Assembly: GCA_034530875.2 (NCBI GenBank)
Contig: JAVRCJ020000024.1
Coordinates: forward strand, 63,048 to 127,047
Reading direction: 5' to 3'
Length of the DNA stretch: 64,000 nucleotides
DNA from: Nostoc sp. DedSLP01
GTDB taxonomy: Bacteria; Cyanobacteriota; Cyanobacteriia; Cyanobacteriales; Nostocaceae
Shown here: in pieces, positions 38,960-49,304 of the stretch
Layout of the letters: every line of letters starts with the position of its first letter
Position numbering within the stretch: the stretch's first letter is position 1
The notes under the pieces: generated by a model
Databases searched by the model: none
Told to the model about the DNA's origin: nothing
What the model saw: the letters and a program-made list of their open reading frames with translations, nothing else
Translations under genes and position numbers: made by a program

Positions 38960-39760
38960 TTAAGGGGTCTTGATGGCTGCTTTGAGACTTTGACAAAATT
39001 CAGCGATCGCATTTAGTCCCTGTTCTGGCGTACCTTCTGCCAACCGCTTCACAAAAGCACTACCGACAATTGCTGCATCTGCTCCCCATTCCTTTATCTG
39101 AAGCGCATGGGCTGGTTCGGAGATTCCAAAGCCCACACCTACGGGTTTATCAGTAACACTACGTATTTCTTTGAGTAAATCTGAGACTCGCGTTTGCACT
39201 TGCGATCGCATTCCGGTCACGCCTGTGACACTGACTAAATAAATAAATCCTTGTGAAGAACGAGCAATGGCTTTTATCCGTTCGGTAGAACTGGTGGGAG
39301 CCACTAACAAAGTTATATCAATTCCCATTTTCCCAGCTGGTTCGAGTAACCCCGCGGCCTCTTCTAAAGGTAAGTCGGGTACTACTAATCCTGCTACCCC
39401 AGCCGCAGCAACTTGTTGGAGAAATTTTTCAATCCCACGGTGCAAAATGGGATTGTAGTAGGTAAATAAGACAATAGGCGATCGCAATTTAGGAGTAGTT
39501 GCTTGCACCATCTCCAGCACTTGCTCAAATTTCGTTCCCCTTTGCAAAGCGCGGGTAGCTGCTGCTTGAATTACCGGCCCATCGGCCAGAGGATCGGAGT
39601 ATGGTACACCCAGTTCAATGATATCTGCTCCACTGCGATCGAGAACTTGCAACGCTGCTGCTGTTGTTTCTAAATTTGGGTCACCAGCAGTAATAAATGG
39701 AATCAAAGCACACTCACGATTGTGCTTCAGGGTTTCAAAGCACTCAGAAATTGCAGTCAT
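38960..39760 (-). CDS. trpA: Tryptophan synthase alpha chain
   Basis: [41 protein letters not shown]. Confidence 0.97.
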   Translation of the reverse strand: MTAISECFETLKHNRECALIPFITAGDPNLETTAAALQVLDRSGADIIELGVPYSDPLADGPVIQAAATRALQRGTKFEQVLEMVQATTPKLRSPIVLFTYYNPILHRGIEKFLQQVAAAGVAGLVVPDLPLEEAAGLLEPAGKMGIDITLLVAPTSSTERIKAIARSSQGFIYLVSVTGVTGMRSQVQTRVSDLLKEIRSVTDKPVGVGFGISEPAHALQIKEWGADAAIVGSAFVKRLAEGTPEQGLNAIAEFCQSLKAAIKTP

Positions 39761-39767
39761 TGGTTTT

Positions 39768-39903
39768 TAGTCATTAGTCATTGGTCATTGGTCATTGGTT
39801 ATTGGTCATTGGTCGTTGGCCTTTGGGCATTGGTCATTAGTTAAAACTCATCATTTAACCAAGGACTAATGACAAAGGACTAATGACTAATGACTAATGA
39901 CCA
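39768..39903. repeat. STRR2-type heptamer arrays (TTGGTCA/TTAGTCA, then inverted TGACTAA)
   Basis: Directly visible tandem heptamers in opposite orientations between DUF3007 and trpA. Confidence 0.9.
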
Positions 39904-39912
39904 ACGATCAGT

Positions 39913-40224
39913 TTACACCTGAGACTGCTCTTCTTGTTCTATCTCGGCTTGAATTCGTGCTAGTTCTTCGGGAGTTAGTTCTTCCAAGCGCTGTTGCAGA
40001 AATTCTTGCTCGTACTGTTCCCGCTGTTGGTGGTAGGTCATTTTTTGCCCCACCGCACGGAAAAAATAGGTAGCTAACCAGCCAAGTAACCCAGCCACTA
40101 GTAAGAGTTGGCTCCATATACCAGCTTGCTGATTATCGAAGCCGAATAGCTGTAATCCTACATACGCCAGGCCGCCGGCAATAAAAATGCCTAAGCCAAT
40201 TCCAATAGCGTCAATCCGTCGCAT
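39913..40224 (-). CDS. DUF3007 family protein
   Basis: MRRIDAIGIG..., AGIWSQ, MTY.QQ...YE; ndhL-DUF3007-trpA synteny. Confidence 0.85.
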   Translation of the reverse strand: MRRIDAIGIGLGIFIAGGLAYVGLQLFGFDNQQAGIWSQLLLVAGLLGWLATYFFRAVGQKMTYHQQREQYEQEFLQQRLEELTPEELARIQAEIEQEEQSQV

Positions 40225-40248
40225 GAGAGTTATGACCTACCAATTTCG

Positions 40249-40461
40249 TTAAACTTCAATTTGTCGCGGCCGGGGTCGAAAATTTGCAAATGGTGATAAA
40301 ACCAACAAACCCGGAAAGAAGAAGAACACCAAAAAGTACATAAACACGCGCTCGATGGAGCTAGCCACATACCAACGCTGCTTTAGGTAGAGCAAAACAG
40401 CGATGGGAATTACTAGAAGGTAAGCTCCAGCCAAAATCAGATACAGCAGGGCGACAATCAT
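40249..40461 (-). CDS. ndhL: NAD(P)H-quinone oxidoreductase subunit L
   Basis: [35 protein letters not shown]. Confidence 0.93.
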   Translation of the reverse strand: MIVALLYLILAGAYLLVIPIAVLLYLKQRWYVASSIERVFMYFLVFFFFPGLLVLSPFANFRPRPRQIEV

Positions 40462-40835
40462 AACTTCTTTGTCTAAGCATCTATTTTCTCATCATAGGCT
40501 GAAGAGTCGGACTCAGGGAAGTAGAGTTGAAGAAACACAGAGGAGACGGAAGGGGGAAAGGGAAAAGGGGAAGGGTAAATAAAAGGTTTAAAAAAAAGTT
40601 GCTAGGAGAATTGACATATCTTGGGGAGATGATGCTATGATGTTTAACCCAGTGGCACATAAATGTTATTGCCAAACAAGCTAGAAAATGTTCGTCCAAA
40701 TTGGTTAGAAAAAATAAAAAACTTCCAATTTGAAAAAATATTTTCAATCTAGTTGGACAAAAGACACATTTGGTGCTGGAATAGATGAGGGAGTATTTGC
40801 TGCCTCTACAAAATAAATAGTTACCAAACACCTGC

Positions 40836-41193
40836 GGGGGTGTGGCGGAATGGTAGACGCTACGGACTTAGATAACTGAGCCTTGAAGGAGAAATCCCTC
40901 AAGTGTAAGCTCTCAAACTCAGGGAAACCTAAATCTGGTAACAGACATGGCAATCCTGAGCCAAGCCGAAAAAAGTGCTGAGTGTTGAGTAAATTAAAAA
41001 CTCATAACTCAAAACTAATCGGAAGGTGCAGAGACCCGACGGGAGCTACCCTAACGTAAAGTCGAGGGTAAAGGGAGAGTCCAATTCTTAAAACTTGAAG
41101 TGGCTTTTGCCATCAAGTAGCAGTGAAAACTGCGGGAGAATGAAAATCCGTTGACCGTAAAAGGTCGTGTGGGTTCAAGTCCCTCCACCCCCA
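40836..41193 (+). tRNA. trnL: tRNA-Leu(UAA), split: exons 40836-40869 and 41143-41193
   Basis: GGGGGTGTGGCGGAATGGTAGACGCTACGGACTT | AAAATCCG...GGTTCAAGTCCCTCCACCCCCA; acceptor stem GGGGGTG/CACCCCC. Confidence 0.97.
40870..41142 (+). ncRNA. Self-splicing group I intron in the tRNA-Leu(UAA) anticodon
   Basis: Conserved elements CTCAAACTCAGGGAAACCT, GGCAATCCTGAGCCAAG, GGTGCAGAGAC, GAGAGTCC; ends in G; no internal ORF. Confidence 0.95.
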
Positions 41194-41504
41194 TTAAATT
41201 TAAATTTATCGCTTGTTCTACACTGACTAATTTTTGTCATCAGTGAAATTTTGTTGTCATTGAGTCGAACTTAGTTATCTTAGCGATAAATTAATTGCAT
41301 TTTGTTTATTTTTGACATAATTAACGTCGCTGATAATACGAAGCGATCGCACTAACAAACTTTGCAACTAGCAGATTTTGTTATCATACATTTGCCCTGC
41401 TATTTGCAAAAGCTCAAAAACAATGTATTTAGATACATTACGGGCATAGCAAAAGCTAAATCAATCAAGCATAATGGTTGGATTTTGGGAGGTTGGAAAA
41501 TCAA

Positions 41505-41966
41505 ATGACAGCGCCTCAACCAACAGTATTTACAAACTCTCATCTTTACGAGCAAGATTTTTATTTGTGGATAGAGACAACAGCTAAACAATTAAAAGAA
41601 GGTAGATTTTCTGAAGTTGATTTAGAAAATCTCATTGAAGAGATTGAATGCATGGGGAGAAGTGAAAAACACGCACTTGAGAGTAATTTAGTTGTTCTAT
41701 TAATGCATATACTGAAATATAAATATCAGCCAGAAAAACGCTCTAATAGCTGGAAAGTAACTATTAGAGAACATCGTCGCAGGTTAAGAAAAACTTTTAA
41801 GGATAGTCCAAGCTTAAAACCATATTTCCAAGAAGTTATACCAGAGTGTTATCAAGATGCAAGAAAGCAAGCCAGTGATGAAACTGGTTTATCACTTAAT
41901 ACTTTTCCCGTAGAGTCTCCCTTTACTGCGGATGAATGTTTAGATGAAGAGTTTTTACCTGATTAA
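41505..41966 (+). CDS. DUF29 domain protein
   Basis: LYEQDFYLW, DLENLIEEIE.MGRSE, LK..YQP, SW..TI.E.R, SPSLK; GGAGG RBS before ATG 41505. Confidence 0.9.
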   Translation: MTAPQPTVFTNSHLYEQDFYLWIETTAKQLKEGRFSEVDLENLIEEIECMGRSEKHALESNLVVLLMHILKYKYQPEKRSNSWKVTIREHRRRLRKTFKDSPSLKPYFQEVIPECYQDARKQASDETGLSLNTFPVESPFTADECLDEEFLPD

Positions 41967-42002
41967 CAAGAAAAAATAAAAGCGTTAGAATTCAAAATTG
42001 AA

Positions 42003-42923
42003 TTATGAGTTGGTAAGGCGTTCGTGTAACCAAGCTAAGGCAGCACCGGCAGTTTCAGCTAGAATGCTAACGAGGCGATATAAAGCGATCGCACTAAATA
42101 TTAACGCTGCTGGAAACTGGTGTCGTAAAAGTTCGTAAGCAGTCGCTTCAAACACACCTAACCCCCCAGGCGCACCCGGAATCACTAATCCCAACAACCA
42201 AGCGCAACTAAAAGCCCCTAGTAATAAAGGAATTTGGCTCCAGCTCCCAGAATTTAGTGCAAATACAGTTAAAATAAATCCGACGCTACGCAAACCTAAA
42301 AAGCCCAATTCCCCTAATAAAGGTCGTAGGGGATAGCGTTTAATAGTTAAAACGACACTTGGCTGAGTATTAGGGCCGGATTTTTTTGCTTTGAGTTTGT
42401 ATAAAAAGCGAATGGCTGGGTTCAAAAATCGGGGATGAACTGCACACAGAACTACAGCTAAACTCACAAATTGTAAGATTTGTATAACCAGAGTGCTATT
42501 CTTTGCCGCAAATTGACTACTGAAGAGAATAATCAAAATTAAAGCAGCCGTTGCCATCAGTAACGGTTCTAGCAAAACGCTTAAGGTGGCTGCACCAGCG
42601 GAAACATTGGCATTTTTAGCAGCGAGAATTCGTCCGTAGTAATGCCAGATGTTACCTGGCAAATACTTAGCAATATTAGTTTTTAAGTAAACTTGGATGA
42701 ATTGGGAAGATGAAACCGATTGATTTAACTCTTGCAAAACCCAAGTCCAAATCCAGCCAGCCCAGGTATGTGCGAGTAAAGTGACGGCTGTAGCGATCGC
42801 CATAATTCCCCATCCTACCGCATTAATGTGGATAGCAGTCACTTCAATCCAATTATCTTTCAGGGCTTTCCCTAAAAAAAATAGCGTTCCGCCTAAAATT
42901 ACCCAACGTAAAAATTGTTTCAT
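42003..42923 (-). CDS. Lysylphosphatidylglycerol synthase TM-domain (UPF0104) flippase-like protein
   Basis: KYLPGNIW...GR, PGAPGGLGVFEA, LYR; multiple TMs. Confidence 0.8.
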   Translation of the reverse strand: MKQFLRWVILGGTLFFLGKALKDNWIEVTAIHINAVGWGIMAIATAVTLLAHTWAGWIWTWVLQELNQSVSSSQFIQVYLKTNIAKYLPGNIWHYYGRILAAKNANVSAGAATLSVLLEPLLMATAALILIILFSSQFAAKNSTLVIQILQFVSLAVVLCAVHPRFLNPAIRFLYKLKAKKSGPNTQPSVVLTIKRYPLRPLLGELGFLGLRSVGFILTVFALNSGSWSQIPLLLGAFSCAWLLGLVIPGAPGGLGVFEATAYELLRHQFPAALIFSAIALYRLVSILAETAGAALAWLHERLTNS

Positions 42924-43272
42924 GAAATTAGTAATTTAACGGTTAGAGTAAAAACAGCTAAATACCTCACATCTTACTATATATATCAGCTACATATTTT
43001 AAGATTTAAAAGTAATAAAAAACCTATTGTAATCTTTTTGACACAAACACTATTATATTATTTTATATCTCTCTACAGTTAGATAAAAACGTTATTTTTA
43101 TATTAATAAAAATGTGACCTGCGCTAGAGGTAAAAGATGTTTTATTCTTCCTATCTTGAAATAGAGGTTACTCACAAATTAACCAAATTAAACACCCAGA
43201 ATAACTTAACTGAGTAATACCAATGATTCAGCTAAGACTTCAGCTTATTAATACTTTGCTAAGGAGGACTGC

Positions 43273-43803
43273 GTGAACGCTGTAATAGCTTTTTTGAAAA
43301 AACTACGACTGCGCCAAATATTAACAATTTTTCTTGCAGGATTATTGTTAATAGTTAGTACTGCTTGTAGTACAGGAAACGCTCAAGGTGCGAATCCGCA
43401 AAATCCTGCTGTGCAAGCTGGTGGAGCCAACAATCCTTATAAGAATGGCGGAGACAAATACACTAGAAATCAAGGACGCAACCAAGCTAGCCTAGAGCAA
43501 AGCTCACTTTTGATTGCTACAAGTGTTGGAAATAGAGATTCAGAAATACTTTATCCGGGTGCTGAAACACCAACAGGTCGGCTCGAGAAAGAAGCAGAAT
43601 TGCCAATTATCACAAAAGAGAATTTCCAACAACCAGAACCAGGTGGTTTGATTCAGAACCAATCCAACGTAGGAAATCGCATTCAACAACGCCTTGAAAC
43701 TGTGAAAGAAACTGTTGAAGAAGCTTCTGGCTTTTTGAAAGACAAGGCAGATGAAGCAGGCGCTAGACCAGAATTAAAAACAAATCCAGCAAGAGGCAGA
43801 TAG
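43273..43803 (+). CDS. Putative lipoprotein (DUF6658-like)
   Basis: Basic N-terminus, hydrophobic core, VSTAC lipobox-like; AAGGAGG RBS before GTG. Confidence 0.7.
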   Translation: MNAVIAFLKKLRLRQILTIFLAGLLLIVSTACSTGNAQGANPQNPAVQAGGANNPYKNGGDKYTRNQGRNQASLEQSSLLIATSVGNRDSEILYPGAETPTGRLEKEAELPIITKENFQQPEPGGLIQNQSNVGNRIQQRLETVKETVEEASGFLKDKADEAGARPELKTNPARGR

Positions 43804-43900
43804 AATTCTTGTTTTGTCTCAATGCTTGAGATTTGAAATCGATTCCAAATGTCATCTTGATTGAAGTTTAACTTAGTCACAAAATACAAGGAGTAAGAGT

Positions 43901-44446
43901 ATGAAACAGTTAGCTACTTGGTTGAAAAATGTTCGTCCGTTGAAGGTTTTAGCTGCTTTTTTAGTAGGAATATTCTTGTTTGTCACACAAGCTTGTGCAG
44001 CGCCAGGAGTAGCAACACAACCACCACAGCCTGACGCACAATCGCCTCAATCACCTTATGCCAAACGCTACGATCCCACAAAAGATTATCCTCTCTCTGC
44101 ACCCGCTGGTGGGATGAATAACTTCAGCGATGTAGATCCCAGAGGAGCAGCAGGTGAAAAGGCAGCTAATGACAAAGCTGATGCCTTAGCAAAAAATGCT
44201 GAAAAAAATATCAATCAAAAGGGAATTGACTCCCGCGAACAATATGCCCGCAATTACCAACAAGGTACTCCTTTGGGCGAAAGAGTGAAAAACCTGGGTG
44301 AAGATGTTGGAAGTTCTGCTAAAGAATTAGGCGAAGGTTTCGCTAAGGGAACTCAACGCGGAATTGAAAATATCAAAGGAAATACCCAAAATGCAGCTGA
44401 AGATGCAGCTAATGCAGCTAACAGAACTGTCAGAAACATTGACTAA
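43901..44446 (+). CDS. Putative hydrophilic lipoprotein with LEA-like C-terminus
   Basis: VTQAC lipobox-like, GGMNNFSDVDPR, Ala/Lys/Glu/Asn-rich tail; AAGGAG RBS. Confidence 0.7.
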   Translation: MKQLATWLKNVRPLKVLAAFLVGIFLFVTQACAAPGVATQPPQPDAQSPQSPYAKRYDPTKDYPLSAPAGGMNNFSDVDPRGAAGEKAANDKADALAKNAEKNINQKGIDSREQYARNYQQGTPLGERVKNLGEDVGSSAKELGEGFAKGTQRGIENIKGNTQNAAEDAANAANRTVRNID

Positions 44447-44698
44447 AATTAGCCGTTAGACTGGTGGCAAAAATCCACTTTAGCAACAAAGAATAAACGC
44501 ACTGCTCGTCAGAATTCAATTTGAATTTTGACGAGTTTTAATTTGATAAATAGGAGTCATACCAATTCAAAATTCACGCATTCAGAAATCTATATTTGGC
44601 AAGGGTTTCTGAATTTGAATCTGTTCCAAAATTTTAGTGAATCGAGAATGGGCTACGCCTCTCTGTACTAACGGAATTCAGAAGTCAGGAGCGAGAAT

Positions 44699-44785
44699 TA
44701 GAACTTACGCGCTGCGATCCCCAACCCCCCTTAAAAAGGGGGGTTAGGGGAGATCGGGGTTTCAGGGTTGAGTGCGTAAGTCCTA
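44699..44785. mobile_element. Short MITE-like element with internal C-rich/G-rich palindrome
   Basis: TAGAACTTACGC ... GCGTAAGTCCTA termini; CCCCCCTTAAAAAGGGGGG core. Confidence 0.6.
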
Positions 44786-44866
44786 AGAATTTCAAAATAA
44801 GGTTTTCTACCCTACTCCCCACTTCCCCACTCCCTATTCCCTTTTTCAAAAAATTGTCAAACGAGG

Positions 44867-46147
44867 TTAGTTTTGATTTTCTAAATACCAAAGCTGTAGG
44901 GCTAGCCGTTGGATTTCTCGCCAGGGAATATTATGTTTTCGAGCTAATTCTGCACAATCTTCATATTCTGGCTGGACGTTAGCAATAACTTTTTCTGCCG
45001 ATCGCTCTTTCCATGCAACTTTAACGCGTACTTTGCCATACTCAGTTTCCACCTGTTGAATTTCTCGTTGTAAAATGGCGCGTTGCTGATTAGTTCGCCG
45101 AATACCTAAAGTTGTGGTTTCACGAAAAATAACCGCTTCACAACTGAGTAAATTTTCTGGATGACAAATAACAGTCAGCAAAATTCCTGGACGCGATTTT
45201 TTCATCGCGATCGCTTGAGTAAAAACATCCAACGCACCAGCCGCAAACAAAGCCTCAAACACATACCCGATGGCTTGCGGATTTAAATCGTCAATTTGGG
45301 TTTCTAATACCGATATGGTTTCCAGATTTGAGCTAGTATCGCCAGAATCGTTGAAATCCGATTGTAAAATTGCGCTTTCGCCCAGCCAGAGGCGTAAAAT
45401 ATTGGAGATGGGTAAATTTATGGTTCCTGCTCCCAATCCTATCTGCTTGATAGCGATGGGGGGCGGCGAACCAAATTCTCTAGCTAAAGTAGTGGCGATC
45501 GCGGCACCCGTTGGCGTGACCAGTTCTCGTTCGATGCCGTTGCTATAAACCGGGCAACCCCGCATTTCCCACAGCTTTAATACTGCTGGTACTGGTACAG
45601 CCATTTGACCGTGTGCTGCCCTCACAGTGCCGCCACCAGTCGGGAACGCCGAGCAGTATAGTAAGGGCAATCCTGACTCATTGCTTTCAATCCCCAACCA
45701 ATCCAACCCCAAACAAGTACCCACAATATCTACAATCGCATCTACAGCACCCACCTCATGAAAATGAACTTTTTCAGGAGAAATGCCATGCACCGCCCCT
45801 TCTGCCACAGCTAGCTGCCGGAATACCGCCAAACTCCAAGCTTCTGCCTGTGGTGGCAATCCCGCTTTGAGAATCATCTGCTCTATTTCTGGCAGATGGC
45901 GTCCGTGATGATGAGTGTGTTCGCGATCGTGGTGGTGATGATGGTCTACCAAATCCACATGGACTTTAGTCGCCTGCTGCCCATTCCGTTGCACCAGTTC
46001 TGCTTTTAACTGATATTCCCGTTCAATTCCCAACCCATTGAGTTTTTCAACTAAATACTCCACAGGAGTGCCCAAACTCACCAAAGCACCCAGGCACATA
46101 TCACCAGAAATTCCTGTCGGACATTCAAGATAAGCGATTTTATTCAT
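44867..46147 (-). CDS. larC: Nickel-pincer cofactor biosynthesis protein LarC
   Basis: GISGDM.LGAL, His-rich HHHHHDREHTHHH, VHFHEVGA.D.I.DI, LETQIDD, MKKSRPG, PEYEDC. Confidence 0.93.
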   Translation of the reverse strand: MNKIAYLECPTGISGDMCLGALVSLGTPVEYLVEKLNGLGIEREYQLKAELVQRNGQQATKVHVDLVDHHHHHDREHTHHHGRHLPEIEQMILKAGLPPQAEAWSLAVFRQLAVAEGAVHGISPEKVHFHEVGAVDAIVDIVGTCLGLDWLGIESNESGLPLLYCSAFPTGGGTVRAAHGQMAVPVPAVLKLWEMRGCPVYSNGIERELVTPTGAAIATTLAREFGSPPPIAIKQIGLGAGTINLPISNILRLWLGESAILQSDFNDSGDTSSNLETISVLETQIDDLNPQAIGYVFEALFAAGALDVFTQAIAMKKSRPGILLTVICHPENLLSCEAVIFRETTTLGIRRTNQQRAILQREIQQVETEYGKVRVKVAWKERSAEKVIANVQPEYEDCAELARKHNIPWREIQRLALQLWYLENQN

Positions 46148-46248
46148 AGTTATTAGTCATTAGTCATTGGTCATTAGTCATTAGTTATTAATTATTCTCC
46201 TCTGCTTCCCCTGCTTCCCCTGCTCACTCATCTCCCCACCCCCCTGCT

Positions 46249-46908
46249 ATGGCAAAAATTTTCGTAGTTCATCCGGACAATCCCCAAATTCGCCGAATAG
46301 AAGAAATAAAGTCAGCGCTCTCTAGTGGCGCTGTCATGCTTTACCCTACTGATACAGTCTATGCGATCGGTTGTGATTTGAATGTCAAATCAGCGGTAGA
46401 ACGAGTGCGGCAAATTAAGCAGCTAGCAAATGATAAGCCACTGACATTTTTATGTCCCTCGCTTTCAAATGTGGCAACTTATGCCTTCGTAAGTGACACA
46501 GCTTACCGGATTATGAAGCGCTTAATTCCAGGTACATACACGTTTCTGCTACCAGCGACTAAGTTAGTACCGCGATTAGTGCAAAGTCCGAAGCGGAAAA
46601 CTACTGGAATTAGAGTTCCAAACCATACTGTGTGTTTGGCTCTTTTGGAAGCCTTGGGCAATCCGATTATTTCAACTTCCGCACATGTGCCACCAGATGA
46701 ACCAAATAATGGCTTGGTTCACATAGATCCAGAGACTATTAAATCGCGGGTAGAGCTATTTGACCGTTTGGACAAGTTCGTAGACATCATTGTAGATACA
46801 GGCGAGGAACCTACGTATGAAGTGTCTACAATTTTGGATTTAACGGGAGATGAAGCTGTAATTATACGGAGGGGTTTAGGTTGGGAAACAGCAGCAGCGT
46901 GGGTATAA
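46249..46908 (+). CDS. Sua5/YciO/YrdC family protein (threonylcarbamoyl-AMP synthase fold)
   Basis: HPDNPQ.R, YPTDTVY, PG.YTF.L, GIRVP, ISTSA, STILDL. Confidence 0.9.
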   Translation: MAKIFVVHPDNPQIRRIEEIKSALSSGAVMLYPTDTVYAIGCDLNVKSAVERVRQIKQLANDKPLTFLCPSLSNVATYAFVSDTAYRIMKRLIPGTYTFLLPATKLVPRLVQSPKRKTTGIRVPNHTVCLALLEALGNPIISTSAHVPPDEPNNGLVHIDPETIKSRVELFDRLDKFVDIIVDTGEEPTYEVSTILDLTGDEAVIIRRGLGWETAAAWV

Positions 46909-47293
46909 GAATCAAACTTCATCAGCACATCTCTTGGTTTCGGAAATTGTGATTTAAACGACTCCACTTTTGAAATTGGCATAATTAAAGACGCTCGCAC
47001 TGGATATAACAGGATGCTGGCAACACTCGGTAGAGCAAGGGATTGAAGAATTTTGCAAAAATGGTGTGTATCCATTTACTAGCAGCGATATGGTGGTTTA
47101 TAAAAGAACCGACACATTGTCTTAGCTATAACTCTGTCGTATTTCCTACAGTTTTAAATATGAGCTTTAGATGTAAGCATTACCTGCGACAAGTCTTGAT
47201 GGATGAATGCCTAAAGATTCTCCAAGCCTTGGCTAACCCCGATCGCTTTGTCTGCGTTGTAATTACGGTGCAATACTACTCCCTGGAAAAGTC

Positions 47294-48514
47294 ATGAAAG
47301 CTAATGTCGTTAATCTACCGAACTCTACACAAGTTTTTGACAACCATGTTTCTAGCGAAGAATTTCCAGCTAGCAGCACTGAAACCTTAGTCAACTTGCT
47401 GTGTCAGGAAATGCAAGGGCAAGTGAAAGCATCACCCAGATGCGTACAAGCTTTAGCAAACCGCATCGCTAAGGAAGTAGAACGCATTTGCGATAAAAGC
47501 TCCCGTATCCAAACATCTGGACAAATTAAGTCTTGGCAGCTGACACTGGCAAGGCATCGGATGCAAAAGTGCTTGCGTTATTACCAACTAGGTTCAAAAC
47601 AAGGGCGGGTAGAATTACATAGTAATTTGGGCGCGATGGTTTACCGCCATGTAACTATATCCGGTTCGGAGTTAGGTTTTGACGCTCGTTACAGCCTAAT
47701 AGAAGATTTTTTACAAGCATTTTATATTGAAGCGATTAAAGCTTTCCGCCGCGAAAACGAATTACCTGAGGATCACACGCCCCGCACTCAGCTGCAATTA
47801 GCTGAATATATGGCGTTTACAGAACAGTACGCCAAACGTCGCATCAATTTACCTGGCGGTGCAAATCAGCAATTAATTATTTTGCGGGCGCAAGGTTTTG
47901 CGCGTCGTCAGCCCCAAGAAACTACCGTGGATATTGAAATGGCGGTGGAATCTGCTAAGGGTGAAGAAGCAGAATCTTACCAGCGTAATTCTGCGGTACA
48001 ACAACTGCGATCGCAAATGATTGCCAAAGCTAGTTTCGACCCCTCCGAAGACTCAGAACGCGATCGCGTCATCGCTGAATTGATGAAATATTTAGAGTCT
48101 CAAGGTCAATCTGACTGTATGGACTACTTAAGCCTCAAACTCCAAGACCTTTCAGCACCAGAAATTGACCAAATTCTCGGTTTAACTAGCCGTCAACGCG
48201 ATTATCTCCAACAGCGCTTTAAATATCACGTAGAAAAGTTTGCCAAGCAACACCATTGGCAATTGGTACATCAATGGTTAGGTGCGGGTTTAGAGCAAAA
48301 GTTGGGTTTATCTTCCCACCAGTGGCAAATTTTTCTCAGCCAGCTTACAGAACAGCAACAGCAAATTTTACAACTTAAAACTGCACGCGAAAGCGACCAA
48401 GCGATCGCCAAAGTCATCAAATGCACCCCCAAACAACTCCAAAAGCGTTGGACTCAATTATTAGAATTAGCATGGTCTATCCGCAACGGTAATACCGAAG
48501 CGCAGACAGGTTGA
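47294..48514 (+). CDS. HetZ-related protein (paralogue)
   Basis: LARHR.QKCLRYYQLGSK.GRVELHS, IEDFLQ.FY.EA..AFRREN, QRDYLQQRFKYH resemble HetZ. Confidence 0.8.
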   Translation: MKANVVNLPNSTQVFDNHVSSEEFPASSTETLVNLLCQEMQGQVKASPRCVQALANRIAKEVERICDKSSRIQTSGQIKSWQLTLARHRMQKCLRYYQLGSKQGRVELHSNLGAMVYRHVTISGSELGFDARYSLIEDFLQAFYIEAIKAFRRENELPEDHTPRTQLQLAEYMAFTEQYAKRRINLPGGANQQLIILRAQGFARRQPQETTVDIEMAVESAKGEEAESYQRNSAVQQLRSQMIAKASFDPSEDSERDRVIAELMKYLESQGQSDCMDYLSLKLQDLSAPEIDQILGLTSRQRDYLQQRFKYHVEKFAKQHHWQLVHQWLGAGLEQKLGLSSHQWQIFLSQLTEQQQQILQLKTARESDQAIAKVIKCTPKQLQKRWTQLLELAWSIRNGNTEAQTG

Positions 48515-48706
48515 AGTCCAAAAGAAAATTATTACTTCAATTAATAACTGATTCCTTATTTAAATTATTAATACATTTGTATTTATTTAGTACAAAATTA
48601 CCAAACTTTTGTACTTTAAACAAAAATTTATATATAGCAACTGACCATTTATTACTGCTTCTATGGAATCCTAGAAGAAGCAGTACTTTTGGCAGAGGAA
48701 TTTAGG

Positions 48707-49183
48707 ATGGCTCTGACTCAAGGTGGGCGGGCAAATAAAGCAGGGAAGATTTTAGAAATTAATGTAGAAGCAATTTTGAACGGTCATAATTATTTCCAAG
48801 TTGGAAATCATGTCTCCAAAGAAATTGTCTTAAATGCGGCTTTATTACCAAAACGCTACGGGAAAGAGGTTTACATCGGAACTGGAATTTATCATACCGA
48901 TTTAAAGGTTGATTTTTACGTTGTTGGTTCGCCAGCAATGCCATCTGGTTTAATTATCGAATGCAAATGGCAAGAAAGTCCTGGTTCTGTTGATGAAAAG
49001 TTTCCTTATTTAAATATGAACATTCAGCATTATTACCCTGCACCGACTATCGTTATATTAGGTGGTGAAGGAATGCGAGAAGGTGCAAGTAAATGGCTGA
49101 AAGCAAGAGTTAACGATAACCATAATTTATTAGCAGTTTATAGTTTAGATAGATTTATTGCTTGGGCAAATAAAAATCTTTAG
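48707..49183 (+). CDS. PD-(D/E)XK nuclease superfamily protein
   Basis: QG..AN..G..LE, VDF, IIECKWQ...GSVDEKFPYL. Confidence 0.75.
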   Translation: MALTQGGRANKAGKILEINVEAILNGHNYFQVGNHVSKEIVLNAALLPKRYGKEVYIGTGIYHTDLKVDFYVVGSPAMPSGLIIECKWQESPGSVDEKFPYLNMNIQHYYPAPTIVILGGEGMREGASKWLKARVNDNHNLLAVYSLDRFIAWANKNL

Positions 49184-49304
49184 AATTCTGAATTCAGAAT
49201 TCAGAATGGATCATTTGCTCGATTGTGATGCAAACTTTTTTATTGAATACTAAATCTTGATTTGATTTATGCAGTTGTCAGAATTAAGAATTCATGCTGA
49301 ATTC

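Noticed and set aside
39768..39903. CRISPR-like periodic repeats
   Set aside because: Contiguous 7-bp STRR units with no spacers; no 25-40-bp repeat-spacer array was seen anywhere in the window
41194..41500. Integrative element at tRNA-Leu
   Set aside because: No integrase and no duplicated tRNA 3' end found
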